Origin: Candidatus Hydrogenedens sp.
GTDB taxonomy: Bacteria; Hydrogenedentota; Hydrogenedentia; Hydrogenedentales; Hydrogenedentaceae
DNA: 64,000 bases
NCBI GenBank assembly: GCA_049968235.1
Contig: JBMFRC010000005.1
Coordinates: 96,001-160,000 of the forward strand
Direction of reading: 5' to 3'
Both the position numbers and the translations under genes were made by a program. Positions 52,169-62,123 of this stretch are shown piece after piece. Every line of letters starts with the position of its first letter. Positions within the stretch are counted from its first letter, which is position 1. The notes beneath the pieces are model-generated. The model had not been told where the DNA came from and ran no database searches. It saw nothing but the letters and a program-made list of their open reading frames with translations.

Positions 52169-53424
52169 ATCCATCACCCCTGGAATTATTAATAATATTT
52201 ATTGGAGGCGTTCTCTCTTCCGCATTTTTTGCAGGGTATGAAACGGGTTTTATTTCATTAAATCCTATACGCGTAAAAAATCTATCTGAGAAAAACAATT
52301 CCCGAAGAGCCTATATATTACTTAAATACTTACATAGCCCCGACCAATTGCTTATTGTGTTATTGTTAGGAACGAATTTCTCGATTGTTATCGCATCTAT
52401 TGCCCTGACAGAATTAATGGGGAACCCTTTCCTGTCTTTATTAATTGCGACAGGTGTGATTTTATATTTCGGAGAGATTCTGCCGAAAACCATATTTCGT
52501 GTCCATTCCAACACCTTATGCCATTTCTTTGTCCCCGTGATAGTAGCTTTTGATTTTCTGTTCAAACCTCTTTCTATCCCAATTGTTTGGTTTTATTCAA
52601 AAACATTAGGTTCCAATCACTGGTTTGTTTCTCTTAAATCACTGATGCGTTCCCCAGAAGATATGAAGAGACTGGTAGAACAAGGAACAGAACATGGAGG
52701 TATTCATGAGGAGGAACGGGACCTGATTCATTCCGTCTTTGACTTACAACAAAAAGTAGCCAAAGAGATTATGGTTCCCCGCATTGATATTTGTGCGGTG
52801 GCGAGTTCTTCCAATCGTGATGAGGTAATACAGGTATTTCGAGAAAATCGTTATACCCGTATTCCGGTTTATGAAGAAAATATAGACCATATTATAGGGA
52901 TTATAAAAGCATTTGACTTAATTAAGGATAAAGATAGAGAAAATCAAGATATAAAGCGATTTCTCCGCCCGGTACTATTTATTACTGATGCTACACCCTT
53001 AGACGAAATTCTTAAACAGATGCGACAACAGCATCAAACGATGGCAATTGTAGTAGATGAATATGGTGGAACAGCCGGCTTAATTACCCTTGAGGATATT
53101 TTAGAAGAAATCTTTGGAGAAATTTGTGATGAACATGACCAAGAGGAACTACCAATTCGACGAATGGGACCCGGTGATTATATTGTTCGGGCTCGGACTT
53201 CTCTTGAAGAATTTCGAGAAATAACAGGTATAGATTTAATAGATGAAGAGGTCGAAACAATTGGGGGATGGTTAATAAAAACAATCCAGAGAATACCCCA
53301 AAAGGGAGAAGTGCTTATTGCAGGACCTTTCCGTATTACCATATTGGACGGCAAACCTACTCACATAACACTAATGCGAATGGAATTAAGGCAAAACACG
53401 ATGTTTTCGGACAAATCTAAGTAA
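52165..53424 (+). CDS. Second CNNM/CorC/HlyC-family transporter (paralog; start overlaps the upstream stop)
   Basis: Same architecture, with 'VDEYGGTAGLITLEDILEEI' shared with the upstream paralog. Confidence 0.8.
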   Translation: MNPSPLELLIIFIGGVLSSAFFAGYETGFISLNPIRVKNLSEKNNSRRAYILLKYLHSPDQLLIVLLLGTNFSIVIASIALTELMGNPFLSLLIATGVILYFGEILPKTIFRVHSNTLCHFFVPVIVAFDFLFKPLSIPIVWFYSKTLGSNHWFVSLKSLMRSPEDMKRLVEQGTEHGGIHEEERDLIHSVFDLQQKVAKEIMVPRIDICAVASSSNRDEVIQVFRENRYTRIPVYEENIDHIIGIIKAFDLIKDKDRENQDIKRFLRPVLFITDATPLDEILKQMRQQHQTMAIVVDEYGGTAGLITLEDILEEIFGEICDEHDQEELPIRRMGPGDYIVRARTSLEEFREITGIDLIDEEVETIGGWLIKTIQRIPQKGEVLIAGPFRITILDGKPTHITLMRMELRQNTMFSDKSK

Positions 53425-53426
53425 TC

Positions 53427-54032
53427 CTATTCATCCTGTAGTGCTTTAGGCGGACTTAAAACTTCCATCATAATAAAAGCCCACTGTAATTTCGGAATAG
53501 TTCCTATATTCCCTTTCAAGGAAATGGAAGAATGATATTGTGGAATAGTAGAAGCACGTGCCATGGGAGCAGAGAATGTCACTTTTTGTACCTTTGGAAT
53601 GGCAGACTGTTCTTTGTTAATCTGTGTTTTTGGAGTAATTTTGATTAGGTCTTTATCTTTTTTCGGGAAAATAACGGGAGGTTTTTCTTTACGCAGTGGT
53701 TCTTCATAATTCTTCGTATCTAATTGAGTGAGAACCTGTTTTTCCCCTTCTTCCATCTTTTCAAACATATCTTCTTTCGATTCTACGGTCTCTGGAAAAG
53801 GAATAAAAACAGGGGGGGCAGAGGAAATAGGTTTCGTTTCTTTGCGAATTATTACTTTCCGTCTGGGAAGATTTCGTTCAGGTTCTTTAAATTTTCCTTC
53901 CGTAGGTGAGGGAGATGGTTTCGTTGTTTTCTCCATATCTTTTCTCTTCATTTCCTTTAGCCCACGGAATATTGAAGAAATAATTACTATCCCTAAAAAA
54001 ATGATTAAACCAAGCAGGTCATCAAATTTCAT
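53427..54032 (-). CDS. Hypothetical membrane-anchored Lys/Pro-rich protein
   Basis: N-terminal TM helix followed by a low-complexity K/P/E-rich tail. Lies downstream of floA in the same orientation. Confidence 0.45.
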   Translation of the reverse strand: MKFDDLLGLIIFLGIVIISSIFRGLKEMKRKDMEKTTKPSPSPTEGKFKEPERNLPRRKVIIRKETKPISSAPPVFIPFPETVESKEDMFEKMEEGEKQVLTQLDTKNYEEPLRKEKPPVIFPKKDKDLIKITPKTQINKEQSAIPKVQKVTFSAPMARASTIPQYHSSISLKGNIGTIPKLQWAFIMMEVLSPPKALQDE

Positions 54033-54062
54033 ACTTAAATACCCTTTTATTTTTGAGCGTTC

Positions 54063-55103
54063 TCAGGACTGACTAGTTTTTTCAGGACCTTTAGGTTGTT
54101 GCGTGGGAGATTGTGAAGGTGCTAATTTAGAAATGGCATCCCTCATATCAGTATCGGCGAGAATATTTTTCATCCTGTAATAATCCATGATACCGAGATT
54201 TCCACTCCGAAATGCTTCTGCGATGGCTTTTGGAATTTCTGCTTCTGCTTCGACAACCTTTGAACGCATTTCCATAACTAAAGCCTGCATTTCCGCTTCG
54301 CGTGCTAAAGCCATAGCCCGTCTTTCTTCAGCTCGTGCTTGAGCGATTTGTTTGTCCGCTTCTGCTTGTGCAATCTGGAGTTGTGCCCCGATATTTTCTC
54401 CAACATCTACATCTGCAATATCAATGGATAAAATTTCGAAAGCAGTTCCTGCGTCTAATCCTCGGGCAAGAACTGTTTTTGAAATGGAGTCGGGATTTTC
54501 GAGCACTTTTTTATGAGTGGGTGCGGAACCGATTGTAGTTACAATACCTTCCCCTACACGAGCAATAATGGTTTCCTCTGACGCTCCACCGACCAACCTT
54601 TCAATATTCGTCCGAACGGTAACACGGGCTTTGGCTTTTAACTGAATTCCATCCATAGCAACTGCGGCAACAGTTGCAGGTCCCTTTGCGGGGTCAGGAC
54701 AATCAATTACTTTAGGACGAACCGAAGTCTTTACCGCTTCTAAAACATCACGACCCGCAAGGTCTATTGCCGTCGCTTTCTGAAAGGTTAATGGAATATT
54801 GGCTTTATTTGCAGCAATAAGAGCCTGCACAACACGAAGGACATTTCCACCAGCGAGATAATGCGTTTCAAGTTCATCCGTAGTTATATTGAGTCCCGCT
54901 TTTACTGCCATGATACGGCTATCCACAATAACCTGTGGATTTACCTTTCGTAAAGTCATGCCAATTAAACTCCAGATAGATACATGTGCTTTTGACAAAG
55001 CAGCTCGTATCCATAAACGGAAGAAAGACACTACTACGGCCACGAATATAAGGGCAATTACCAATAAAATAAGTAAAAATACAGCAATTACAGGATTAAA
55101 CAT
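54063..55103 (-). CDS. floA: Flotillin-like SPFH protein FloA (UPF0365/YqfA family)
   Basis: Near-collinear with B. subtilis YqfA: '[23 protein letters not shown]', '[13 protein letters not shown]', '[20 protein letters not shown]' and '[15 protein letters not shown]'. Confidence 0.8.
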   Translation of the reverse strand: MFNPVIAVFLLILLVIALIFVAVVVSFFRLWIRAALSKAHVSIWSLIGMTLRKVNPQVIVDSRIMAVKAGLNITTDELETHYLAGGNVLRVVQALIAANKANIPLTFQKATAIDLAGRDVLEAVKTSVRPKVIDCPDPAKGPATVAAVAMDGIQLKAKARVTVRTNIERLVGGASEETIIARVGEGIVTTIGSAPTHKKVLENPDSISKTVLARGLDAGTAFEILSIDIADVDVGENIGAQLQIAQAEADKQIAQARAEERRAMALAREAEMQALVMEMRSKVVEAEAEIPKAIAEAFRSGNLGIMDYYRMKNILADTDMRDAISKLAPSQSPTQQPKGPEKTSQS

Positions 55104-55161
55104 AATTATCTCCTTTTCGTTAATTCTCTTTGTTGTTTGTTAAATCTATTATACAATATAA

Positions 55162-55650
55162 CTATGAATTTTCATTATTTTTGTATTCTTCGACAACGAT
55201 ACGCGGACCTTGTATATCAATAATTTTAACAATAGCCCCTAACTCAATGAACATACCCGAAGATACCGCATCAACTCTTTTGCCATCTACCTCTATAATA
55301 CCTGCAGGTCTTAAAGGCGAAATTACCTTCCCTGTTTTCCCCACTAACGAAGGGTCAAATTGAATACTCACATATCCTTTATCCACGGTTTGGCTTTCAG
55401 ACATGACCAATTTTTGCCCTGCAGATGTTTTTGTTATTAAATAAAATCCTGCACCAATAGAACCCACAAACCCCAAAAATTCAAAAATAATAATGTGTAT
55501 TAAGTAATCCGGGTAGTAATATCCTCCAAGGGCTGTACTTCCCAATAACATAATAAAACCAAATGTCCCGCAAATTCCTCCGGGAACGATGAACTCTGCT
55601 AAAATGAGTATAACACCACATAGAAATAATAAGAAAGCCCACCATATCAT
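55162..55650 (-). CDS. NfeD-family membrane protein (short form, OB-fold C-terminus)
   Basis: Three or four TM helices then a C-terminal beta domain; immediately upstream of floA. Confidence 0.65.
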   Translation of the reverse strand: MIWWAFLLFLCGVILILAEFIVPGGICGTFGFIMLLGSTALGGYYYPDYLIHIIIFEFLGFVGSIGAGFYLITKTSAGQKLVMSESQTVDKGYVSIQFDPSLVGKTGKVISPLRPAGIIEVDGKRVDAVSSGMFIELGAIVKIIDIQGPRIVVEEYKNNENS

Positions 55651-55961
55651 ATTTTATGTTCCTCCTGCTGGGTGACTGTTTCAAGTAAGGTAATTAACTG
55701 CGAGGTCTCAACTCGTATACTCAGTAGAACTTTACTTTTTTCGCTGGGGTCTTTAGGGTCTGTTTCAGGTAATACCTCAAAAGTATTGATTACGGATACA
55801 GCATTGGATTGTAAGAAAATTCGTTGTGCCTCCTGTAATAATTTGTTATATCTTTTTAAGAAAGGAACACAGGTGTAATATCCCGACCCTTGTGAGGATA
55901 CTATCTCCATTTCTTTTAATAATTGTTTTAACATTGGTACGATAATTTTTAGTTCATTCAT
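55647..55961 (-). CDS. Hypothetical small protein, translationally coupled between the two NfeD genes
   Basis: Four-nucleotide overlaps at both ends. Confidence 0.45.
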   Translation of the reverse strand: MNELKIIVPMLKQLLKEMEIVSSQGSGYYTCVPFLKRYNKLLQEAQRIFLQSNAVSVINTFEVLPETDPKDPSEKSKVLLSIRVETSQLITLLETVTQQEEHKI

Positions 55962-57697
55962 GAGTTCACTTCCTTATCTTCTTTTTCAGGTATGACTACA
56001 TATCTATTCCCATGTACCTCAACAATACGAATTTTTGTCCCTGCTTCAATATAATCACCTACAGATACCACATCCAATGAAGTCCCTTGAAACCGTCCTT
56101 TTCCTGCGGGTCGCAGAACGGTTTCTGCGATTCCGACGGAGCCAATCCATTTTTGAATATCATTTGCACTTTGCACAACATATCCTGTCTCAACATTTTC
56201 TGCATGGGATAACATAACTCTTTGAAAATAAACGGAATTGGGAAGATATTTCCATAGTAACCATGCTAATATTAGAAAAGAAATAAGGGCAATTGTAAGA
56301 GTTTGTCCGGCTTTGTCCAGGCGTTCAAAATCCCATGGGTATTCTGGAACTACCACGCGTGTTAGGGAAAGATATATCCCAATCATAATACAGGTCAAAC
56401 CTGCTATTCCGGTTAGTCCAAACCCGGGTATTAAGAAAATTTCTATACCTAAAAGGATTAGACCTGTAAGAAGTAATAAAAGGTCAGCCCAGTTCGCGAG
56501 ACCAATGACAAGATGTGCCCCGAAAAATAGAGCCAGACATATCAATCCGATGGTGCCGGGCAACCCGAAACCCGGCGTTTTCATTTCCATATACAATCCC
56601 CCGATTCCCAGCAGAAGCAATAATCCGGCAACAATAGGGTTTACTAAAAATTTAAATACTCGTTCTCCCCAGGTAGGCTCAATTTGAATTTTTTCACAAT
56701 TTTCCCAGTGGAAATATCTGAGCAATTCCTCTATATTTCCAACAGTAGTACAGGCAAGCCCGTAGTCTAAGGCTTCTTTTGATGTTAGAGTAAGCAATTC
56801 TCCCTCTCTACAGATTTTTTTGACTATTGGAGAAGAGGTGTATTGAGATTCTTGAGAATCATTATTTGTGTTTACAATATTGTATCTTTGCCCCATATTT
56901 GAATTGAGATATTCATAAGAAGCAAATACGAAGGGATTGGGCAATTTTACCAGGTCATCTTGATTGGGTAACCTTTGTGTTTGAGATTTATCCTCAGAAT
57001 TATTGTTTCGATTATATTTTTGCAAAGCGGATTTTGCCTCTTCTTCACTGCGGAAGAACTGAAAAGTATTTTCAGGTGTGCGGATACCCCAAACTTCAAT
57101 TTTTGAGTCCACCATTGCTTCAGCCAGAAGAGGGTCATGTCTATTTACTTCTGCCAGTGAACGGTAACGGGAACGGAGATACGATTTTGTTTTCTCATTA
57201 AACTCTTCCGAAGGTTGTGCTTCTCCCATAACGATAGGGGCAGAAGCCCCGATATTTGAGCCCGGTGCCATAACGATATATTTACAGGCATAAGAAATTA
57301 ATGCTCCGGCAGAAATGGCACCCATTCCGTGGATATATGCTACCGTTGGACATCTGGCTTCCAGCAAAATATTTGTTATATCTACAGCGGAATCTACAAG
57401 TCCACCGGGCGTATCTACCTCTAATATAAACCCTTCTGCTCCTTTATTGGCTATGGATACTGCCCTTTTTATGATTACCTTCATCCCATCATCAACCATT
57501 CCCGTAGCAGGACAGATAACGACGAAAGGTCGTTTTTCTTTCTCCGACCTTGCTTCTAATACAAATGTCAACAAAATAAAAATAACTGCTATGTAGAAAG
57601 GGATACTTATCCTCAGCTTGTTATACATAGTCAAAACATTTCTCATTCGATTAGACATTTTGTTTCCTTTTAATTCTATAATACAGAGACTAAACAT
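55958..57697 (-). CDS. NfeD-family membrane-bound ClpP-class serine protease (long form)
   Basis: N-terminal ClpP/crotonase-like domain 'EVDTPGGLVDSAVDI...GMGAISAGALI', a central multi-TM region and a C-terminal OB domain. Confidence 0.7.
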   Translation of the reverse strand: MFSLCIIELKGNKMSNRMRNVLTMYNKLRISIPFYIAVIFILLTFVLEARSEKEKRPFVVICPATGMVDDGMKVIIKRAVSIANKGAEGFILEVDTPGGLVDSAVDITNILLEARCPTVAYIHGMGAISAGALISYACKYIVMAPGSNIGASAPIVMGEAQPSEEFNEKTKSYLRSRYRSLAEVNRHDPLLAEAMVDSKIEVWGIRTPENTFQFFRSEEEAKSALQKYNRNNNSEDKSQTQRLPNQDDLVKLPNPFVFASYEYLNSNMGQRYNIVNTNNDSQESQYTSSPIVKKICREGELLTLTSKEALDYGLACTTVGNIEELLRYFHWENCEKIQIEPTWGERVFKFLVNPIVAGLLLLLGIGGLYMEMKTPGFGLPGTIGLICLALFFGAHLVIGLANWADLLLLLTGLILLGIEIFLIPGFGLTGIAGLTCIMIGIYLSLTRVVVPEYPWDFERLDKAGQTLTIALISFLILAWLLWKYLPNSVYFQRVMLSHAENVETGYVVQSANDIQKWIGSVGIAETVLRPAGKGRFQGTSLDVVSVGDYIEAGTKIRIVEVHGNRYVVIPEKEDKEVNS

Positions 57698-57764
57698 TAG
57701 TATATTATAATACTTTTGTTGCTAAAATAGATTTTTTTCAGGAGTAAGAAAAAGGAAGTCATAG

Positions 57765-58289
57765 GTGATAGAAATTATTTTTCGTTTATTAAATATATTA
57801 TTATGGTATGGCTTCTTTGTATTGGGAGCATCCCCAGAGGATACATTTAATTTCCTTCGGGTTATAAGTGGTGTCACCGTTTGGAAAGCTATGGTTAACT
57901 CCCCGTGGATAATTACCTGTATGTTAACTATTTATTATATGTATTTTATTTATTGTCGCTGTAAAGAAATATCTCTATCCCGATTAGAAAGTATGATGAA
58001 GGCGATTCAAATTGGGTTGATGGCTTTTATTGCTTTTTTACCCCTTCGTCCCGATTTTGACCTTTATAAGAATATTCCCCAATATCGAAATGTCATTTAT
58101 GCCTTATTGTCCATGAAAGTTTTTTTCTGGTTGTTTTTACTTACAATTGTTGTTTTTTATTATTTGAACGGTAGTTCTATATTTAAACGCCTTCCGGATT
58201 TGTTCGTTGATTTCTATAGCCGAAATCGTTGCCTGACAAAAGAAAAGATTGAAGAAACGAAACAAGATAGTTCTGAAAGTATAAATTAA
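57765..58289 (+). CDS. Hypothetical membrane protein
   Basis: Four hydrophobic helices; no motif recognised. Confidence 0.4.
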   Translation: MIEIIFRLLNILLWYGFFVLGASPEDTFNFLRVISGVTVWKAMVNSPWIITCMLTIYYMYFIYCRCKEISLSRLESMMKAIQIGLMAFIAFLPLRPDFDLYKNIPQYRNVIYALLSMKVFFWLFLLTIVVFYYLNGSSIFKRLPDLFVDFYSRNRCLTKEKIEETKQDSSESIN

Positions 58290-58312
58290 TTTCAATGTTA
58301 ATCCGGAAATTT

Positions 58313-58567
58313 TTACCAACGAATAACCACTACACCGGAACGAATTCGGGTCTGACATGCTAATCGCTGATTCTCTCCTAACCCCATATCCTCCTCCAGA
58401 TAATTTTTAGGTTCTAGATTTTCCATCCCTTCCTCTATGGTAATAATACATGTGCCACACTGTCCTGCTCGACAACCAAAAGGGACCCCTAGTTGTTCGC
58501 ATGCGTGAATTATGGGAGAACCATCGGGTAACTCCTGTTCTTTACCATAACCTATAATTTTTGCCAT
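58313..58567 (-). CDS. 2Fe-2S ferredoxin-like protein
   Basis: 'CRAGQCGTC' plus a distal Cys ('LACQTRI'). Confidence 0.7.
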   Translation of the reverse strand: MAKIIGYGKEQELPDGSPIIHACEQLGVPFGCRAGQCGTCIITIEEGMENLEPKNYLEEDMGLGENQRLACQTRIRSGVVVIRW

Positions 58568-58744
58568 ACTTATAGACTCCTGTTTTTGTTTTGACCCGGG
58601 GATAAATAGAAAAGAAGTATAACAAAAATAGAAAGTAAAAAGTTAAAAGGTAAAACTATAATTTGGGATGAACTTATGAACCTATTTTTGTTAATCTTTT
58701 CGTTATAAGTTCTGAGAATAAAAGATAATGTAGAAAAAGTTCGA

Positions 58745-59905
58745 ATGGTTAAAGAATCTGAAGAACTATATCGTGGTTTTGAACAAGGACCCATTCGTCC
58801 TCCGAGTGAATCTTTTAGTTTGCTTATCCGTATAACGAGAAATTGCCCGTGGAATCGGTGTTCATTTTGTCCCGTTTATAAGGAGAGTCATTTTTCTGTC
58901 CGTCCTTTAGAACATGTATTAAAAGATATAGAACAAATAGCCAGAAGTATATCGTTAATTCATTTAAGATTTGGTGGAGATGTATATGCTATTGATGAAA
59001 TTACATTAAACCGAATTTTGAAGGATACAGGGATTGACCCACAGGCGTTCATTTGTGCGATTAACTGGTATTCAACAGGTATGCATTCTGTATTTCTTCA
59101 AGATGCGAATTCCCTTGTTCTTCCTACTGAAAAATTAGTAACGATTTTGAACAAACTTGTGCAATGTTTCCCCGGTATCCAGCGGATTACCAGTTATGCA
59201 CGAGCACAAACGATATATAAAAAATCGATAGAAGAGTTAATACGGTTGAGAGAACAGGGATTAAATAGAATACATATCGGATTGGAATCAGGTTCTGATA
59301 CAGTTTTGAAGTTTATGAAAAAAGGAGTAACAAAAGAACAGCATATCGAAGCAGGACAGAAAGTAATAAAGGCAGGAATTGAATTGTCGGAATACTATAT
59401 GCCCGGATTAGGGGGTAAAGAACTCTGGAAAGAACATGCTATTGAGAGTGCGGATACTTTAAATCAAATCAATCCTACATTTATTCGGATTAGAACATTA
59501 GCCATTCCTGCAAACACACCCCTTTACGAAGAATGGGTGTCAGGTAATTTCAAAAAATGCACCGATGAAGAAATTGCTTATGAATTATTGTGTTTTATTG
59601 AACATCTTGAAGGAATATCTTCTTACATTAAGAGCGACCATATCCTCAATTTACTACCCGAACTTGAAGGCAAACTTCCAGAGGATAAGAAAAAAATGAT
59701 AGCTATTCTCAATGAGTTTATAAACCTGCCGGGGTGTGAAAAACGAATATTTCAAGTGGGCAGGCGTATGGGGTTTTTCGAGAGTCTTTCGGAAAGATTG
59801 GATATAAAAAAACGAACAGTTATAGAACAGATTATCAAGCAATATGATATTTCAAATGATAATATTGAAGATTTTATAAATCAAATCATGAGTCGAATGT
59901 TATAA
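58745..59905 (+). CDS. Radical SAM protein
   Basis: 'CPWNRCSFC' is the CxxxCxxC cluster near the N-terminus. Confidence 0.75.
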   Translation: MVKESEELYRGFEQGPIRPPSESFSLLIRITRNCPWNRCSFCPVYKESHFSVRPLEHVLKDIEQIARSISLIHLRFGGDVYAIDEITLNRILKDTGIDPQAFICAINWYSTGMHSVFLQDANSLVLPTEKLVTILNKLVQCFPGIQRITSYARAQTIYKKSIEELIRLREQGLNRIHIGLESGSDTVLKFMKKGVTKEQHIEAGQKVIKAGIELSEYYMPGLGGKELWKEHAIESADTLNQINPTFIRIRTLAIPANTPLYEEWVSGNFKKCTDEEIAYELLCFIEHLEGISSYIKSDHILNLLPELEGKLPEDKKKMIAILNEFINLPGCEKRIFQVGRRMGFFESLSERLDIKKRTVIEQIIKQYDISNDNIEDFINQIMSRML

Positions 59906-59917
59906 TGCTATTCTTGA

Positions 59918-60418
59918 TTAATCGGTATTTAAGCAAAGGGCTACTTGATGCGGTGTTTGACATTTAATAAGCCGTTGATAAAGGTTCTCATCTCTGAGAG
60001 ATTGCATAACTTTGGCTACTAATTGAAGATATTCCTTATCTTTGTTTTTGGGTGTAGCAAATAATACGACCAGATGAACGGGTTGGTTGTCAATCGAATC
60101 AAAATCGACACCTTCAGGAACTATTGCCACGCCTATGGTAATTTCTTTTACCTCATCCATGCGAACATGAGGTATGGCAATACCCCCACCAATTCCCGTG
60201 CTGGTAATTTCCTCCCGGTCAAATACGGCTTTCTTGAACAGCTCATGATTTGTTATGGCTGAATTCTTTTTCATTGTGTCAATGAGTGTATCCAGCACAT
60301 CATATTTCGTTGTTTTTTTGCGAATAATACATATTTGCGATTCAGGAATTTCTTTACCAAAAATAGGCATAAAACTTACTACCTTTTTATATAATGATAG
60401 ACACTCATCAGTTTTCAT
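59918..60418 (-). CDS. PTS EIIA (fructose/Ntr type) protein, PtsN-like
   Basis: 'GIGGGIAIPHVRM' is the EIIA-2 active-site histidine motif. Confidence 0.7.
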   Translation of the reverse strand: MKTDECLSLYKKVVSFMPIFGKEIPESQICIIRKKTTKYDVLDTLIDTMKKNSAITNHELFKKAVFDREEITSTGIGGGIAIPHVRMDEVKEITIGVAIVPEGVDFDSIDNQPVHLVVLFATPKNKDKEYLQLVAKVMQSLRDENLYQRLIKCQTPHQVALCLNTD

Positions 60419-60469
60419 ACATAATTTATATAAACAAAACGATAATATCGTTTTGAACGCTATGATTTA

Positions 60470-61648
60470 TTATTGAAACGAAACACCTTTCAAATGTTGC
60501 AGTAACCGCTCTATGGCTTCATCAAGTTGCTCTTCCTTGACCGTAAGAGAAAAACGGACATAACCTTCTCCATATTGTCCATAAGCACTACCCGGAGCCA
60601 GGACAATGGCACATTTTTCAAAAATAAATTCACAAAACTCTGCGGAAGTAAACCCGGAAGGAACCGGAGCCCAGAGATAGAAAGTCCCTTTGCTTGCAGG
60701 TATTTCCCAGTTTAATTCTTTTAATGCGGATAATAACTTTTCCCGACGATGGCGATAAACTTCCAACATTTTTTCTGTAAAATCATCGCAATCATTTAAT
60801 GCTTTAATCCCCGCATATTGGATTGCATTAAAGATACCGGAGTCTGTGTTCGCTTTGATTGTTGCAATCCCTTTTATTATTTCCGCATTCCCACAGGCCA
60901 TTCCAATCCGCCAGCCAGTCATATTAAAAGGCTTTGATAAGGAATTGAGCTCAACCCCAATATCTTTTGCCCCCTGAACGGAAAGGAAACTCAACCGTTC
61001 CCCTTCAAAAACAACTTCACTGTAAGGATTATCATAACAAACCGCAATATTCCATGATTTACAAAACTCTACCAGTTCGTTCAGGAATTCTTTCGTAGCA
61101 ATTGCACCTGTGGGATTATTCGGATAATTTAAGTAAAAAGCCTTTGCTTGCTTCGCAATTTCTGTGGGAATATCTGCTAAAGCAGGGAGAAAATTGCTCT
61201 TTGCTGTTGCGGGAACGGGAACGGGTTCTCCTCCTGCAAACCAGATACTAGGTTTATATCCGGGATAGCCTGGGTCTGTTACCAGTACTTTATCCCCAGG
61301 GTCAACTACTGCCAGAGCGAAATGGTGGCAACCTTCTTTGGAACCGATAAGAGCCACAATTTCTTTGCCTGGGTCCAATGTAACTCCATAACGACGATGA
61401 TACCAATTCGCAATGGCTTCGCGTAATGTACGCATCCCCCATTCTTCATCTGTCGGATAACGATGATTCTCCGGGTCATAGGCAGTTCTGCATAGTTCAT
61501 CAATGACCGGTGTCGGTGTCGGGTCAACAGGGTCACCAATGGCTAAACTGATGACCTTTACTCCACGGGCTTTAGCTTCATTAATTTTGTTCCGTAATGT
61601 CATAAATAAATAAGGGGGTATCTTTTCTAACCGTTGGGCTATAAACAT
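60470..61648 (-). CDS. dapL: LL-diaminopimelate aminotransferase (class I/II aminotransferase)
   Basis: N-terminal 'IPPYLFMTLRNKINEAKARG...ISLAIGDP' and PLP-lysine block 'SLSKPFNMTGWRIG'. Confidence 0.75.
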   Translation of the reverse strand: MFIAQRLEKIPPYLFMTLRNKINEAKARGVKVISLAIGDPVDPTPTPVIDELCRTAYDPENHRYPTDEEWGMRTLREAIANWYHRRYGVTLDPGKEIVALIGSKEGCHHFALAVVDPGDKVLVTDPGYPGYKPSIWFAGGEPVPVPATAKSNFLPALADIPTEIAKQAKAFYLNYPNNPTGAIATKEFLNELVEFCKSWNIAVCYDNPYSEVVFEGERLSFLSVQGAKDIGVELNSLSKPFNMTGWRIGMACGNAEIIKGIATIKANTDSGIFNAIQYAGIKALNDCDDFTEKMLEVYRHRREKLLSALKELNWEIPASKGTFYLWAPVPSGFTSAEFCEFIFEKCAIVLAPGSAYGQYGEGYVRFSLTVKEEQLDEAIERLLQHLKGVSFQ

Positions 61649-62123
61649 AATAACCTTTCTCTTATGCCTAATTTATATTCCCCAAAGTACCTATGTAAAC
61701 CTATATTATACCAAATCGCAGGTATTATCTCCAATAAATCATAAAAAATATCTATTTTCCGAATAAAAACCTTTGAACAAGCATGGAATAGAATAAACAG
61801 TATCGCATGTTTTGAAAGCGTTAATAATTCGTATATCGTTTAAAATCTGCTTAACATTTCACAGAACCTCATGATTTCCCTATCCATAGTAAAATAACAT
61901 CTTGTTTACCTGTTCCTTTGACTAACTTTGAATTTTATTATCCATGTCCCATAAATCAAAATTTCCTTCTTTACTTTATGTTAATTTACATAATTTTATG
62001 GTTAAGAAACACATACAAAATGTCAGTGTTACCCCTATAATAAATCCGTATGTATCGGTTTTGTTTGTTCCATTCCTCAATAGGAGAATATCTCGTTTTT
62101 TGGGAACTTCCTATGTTTTTTTA

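Noticed and set aside
61649-62123. 475-bp leader upstream of dapL (minus strand), considered for a lysine riboswitch
   Set aside because: The region is very AT-rich, with none of the GC-rich conserved L-box stems I could recognise by eye. Covariance-model search not possible here.
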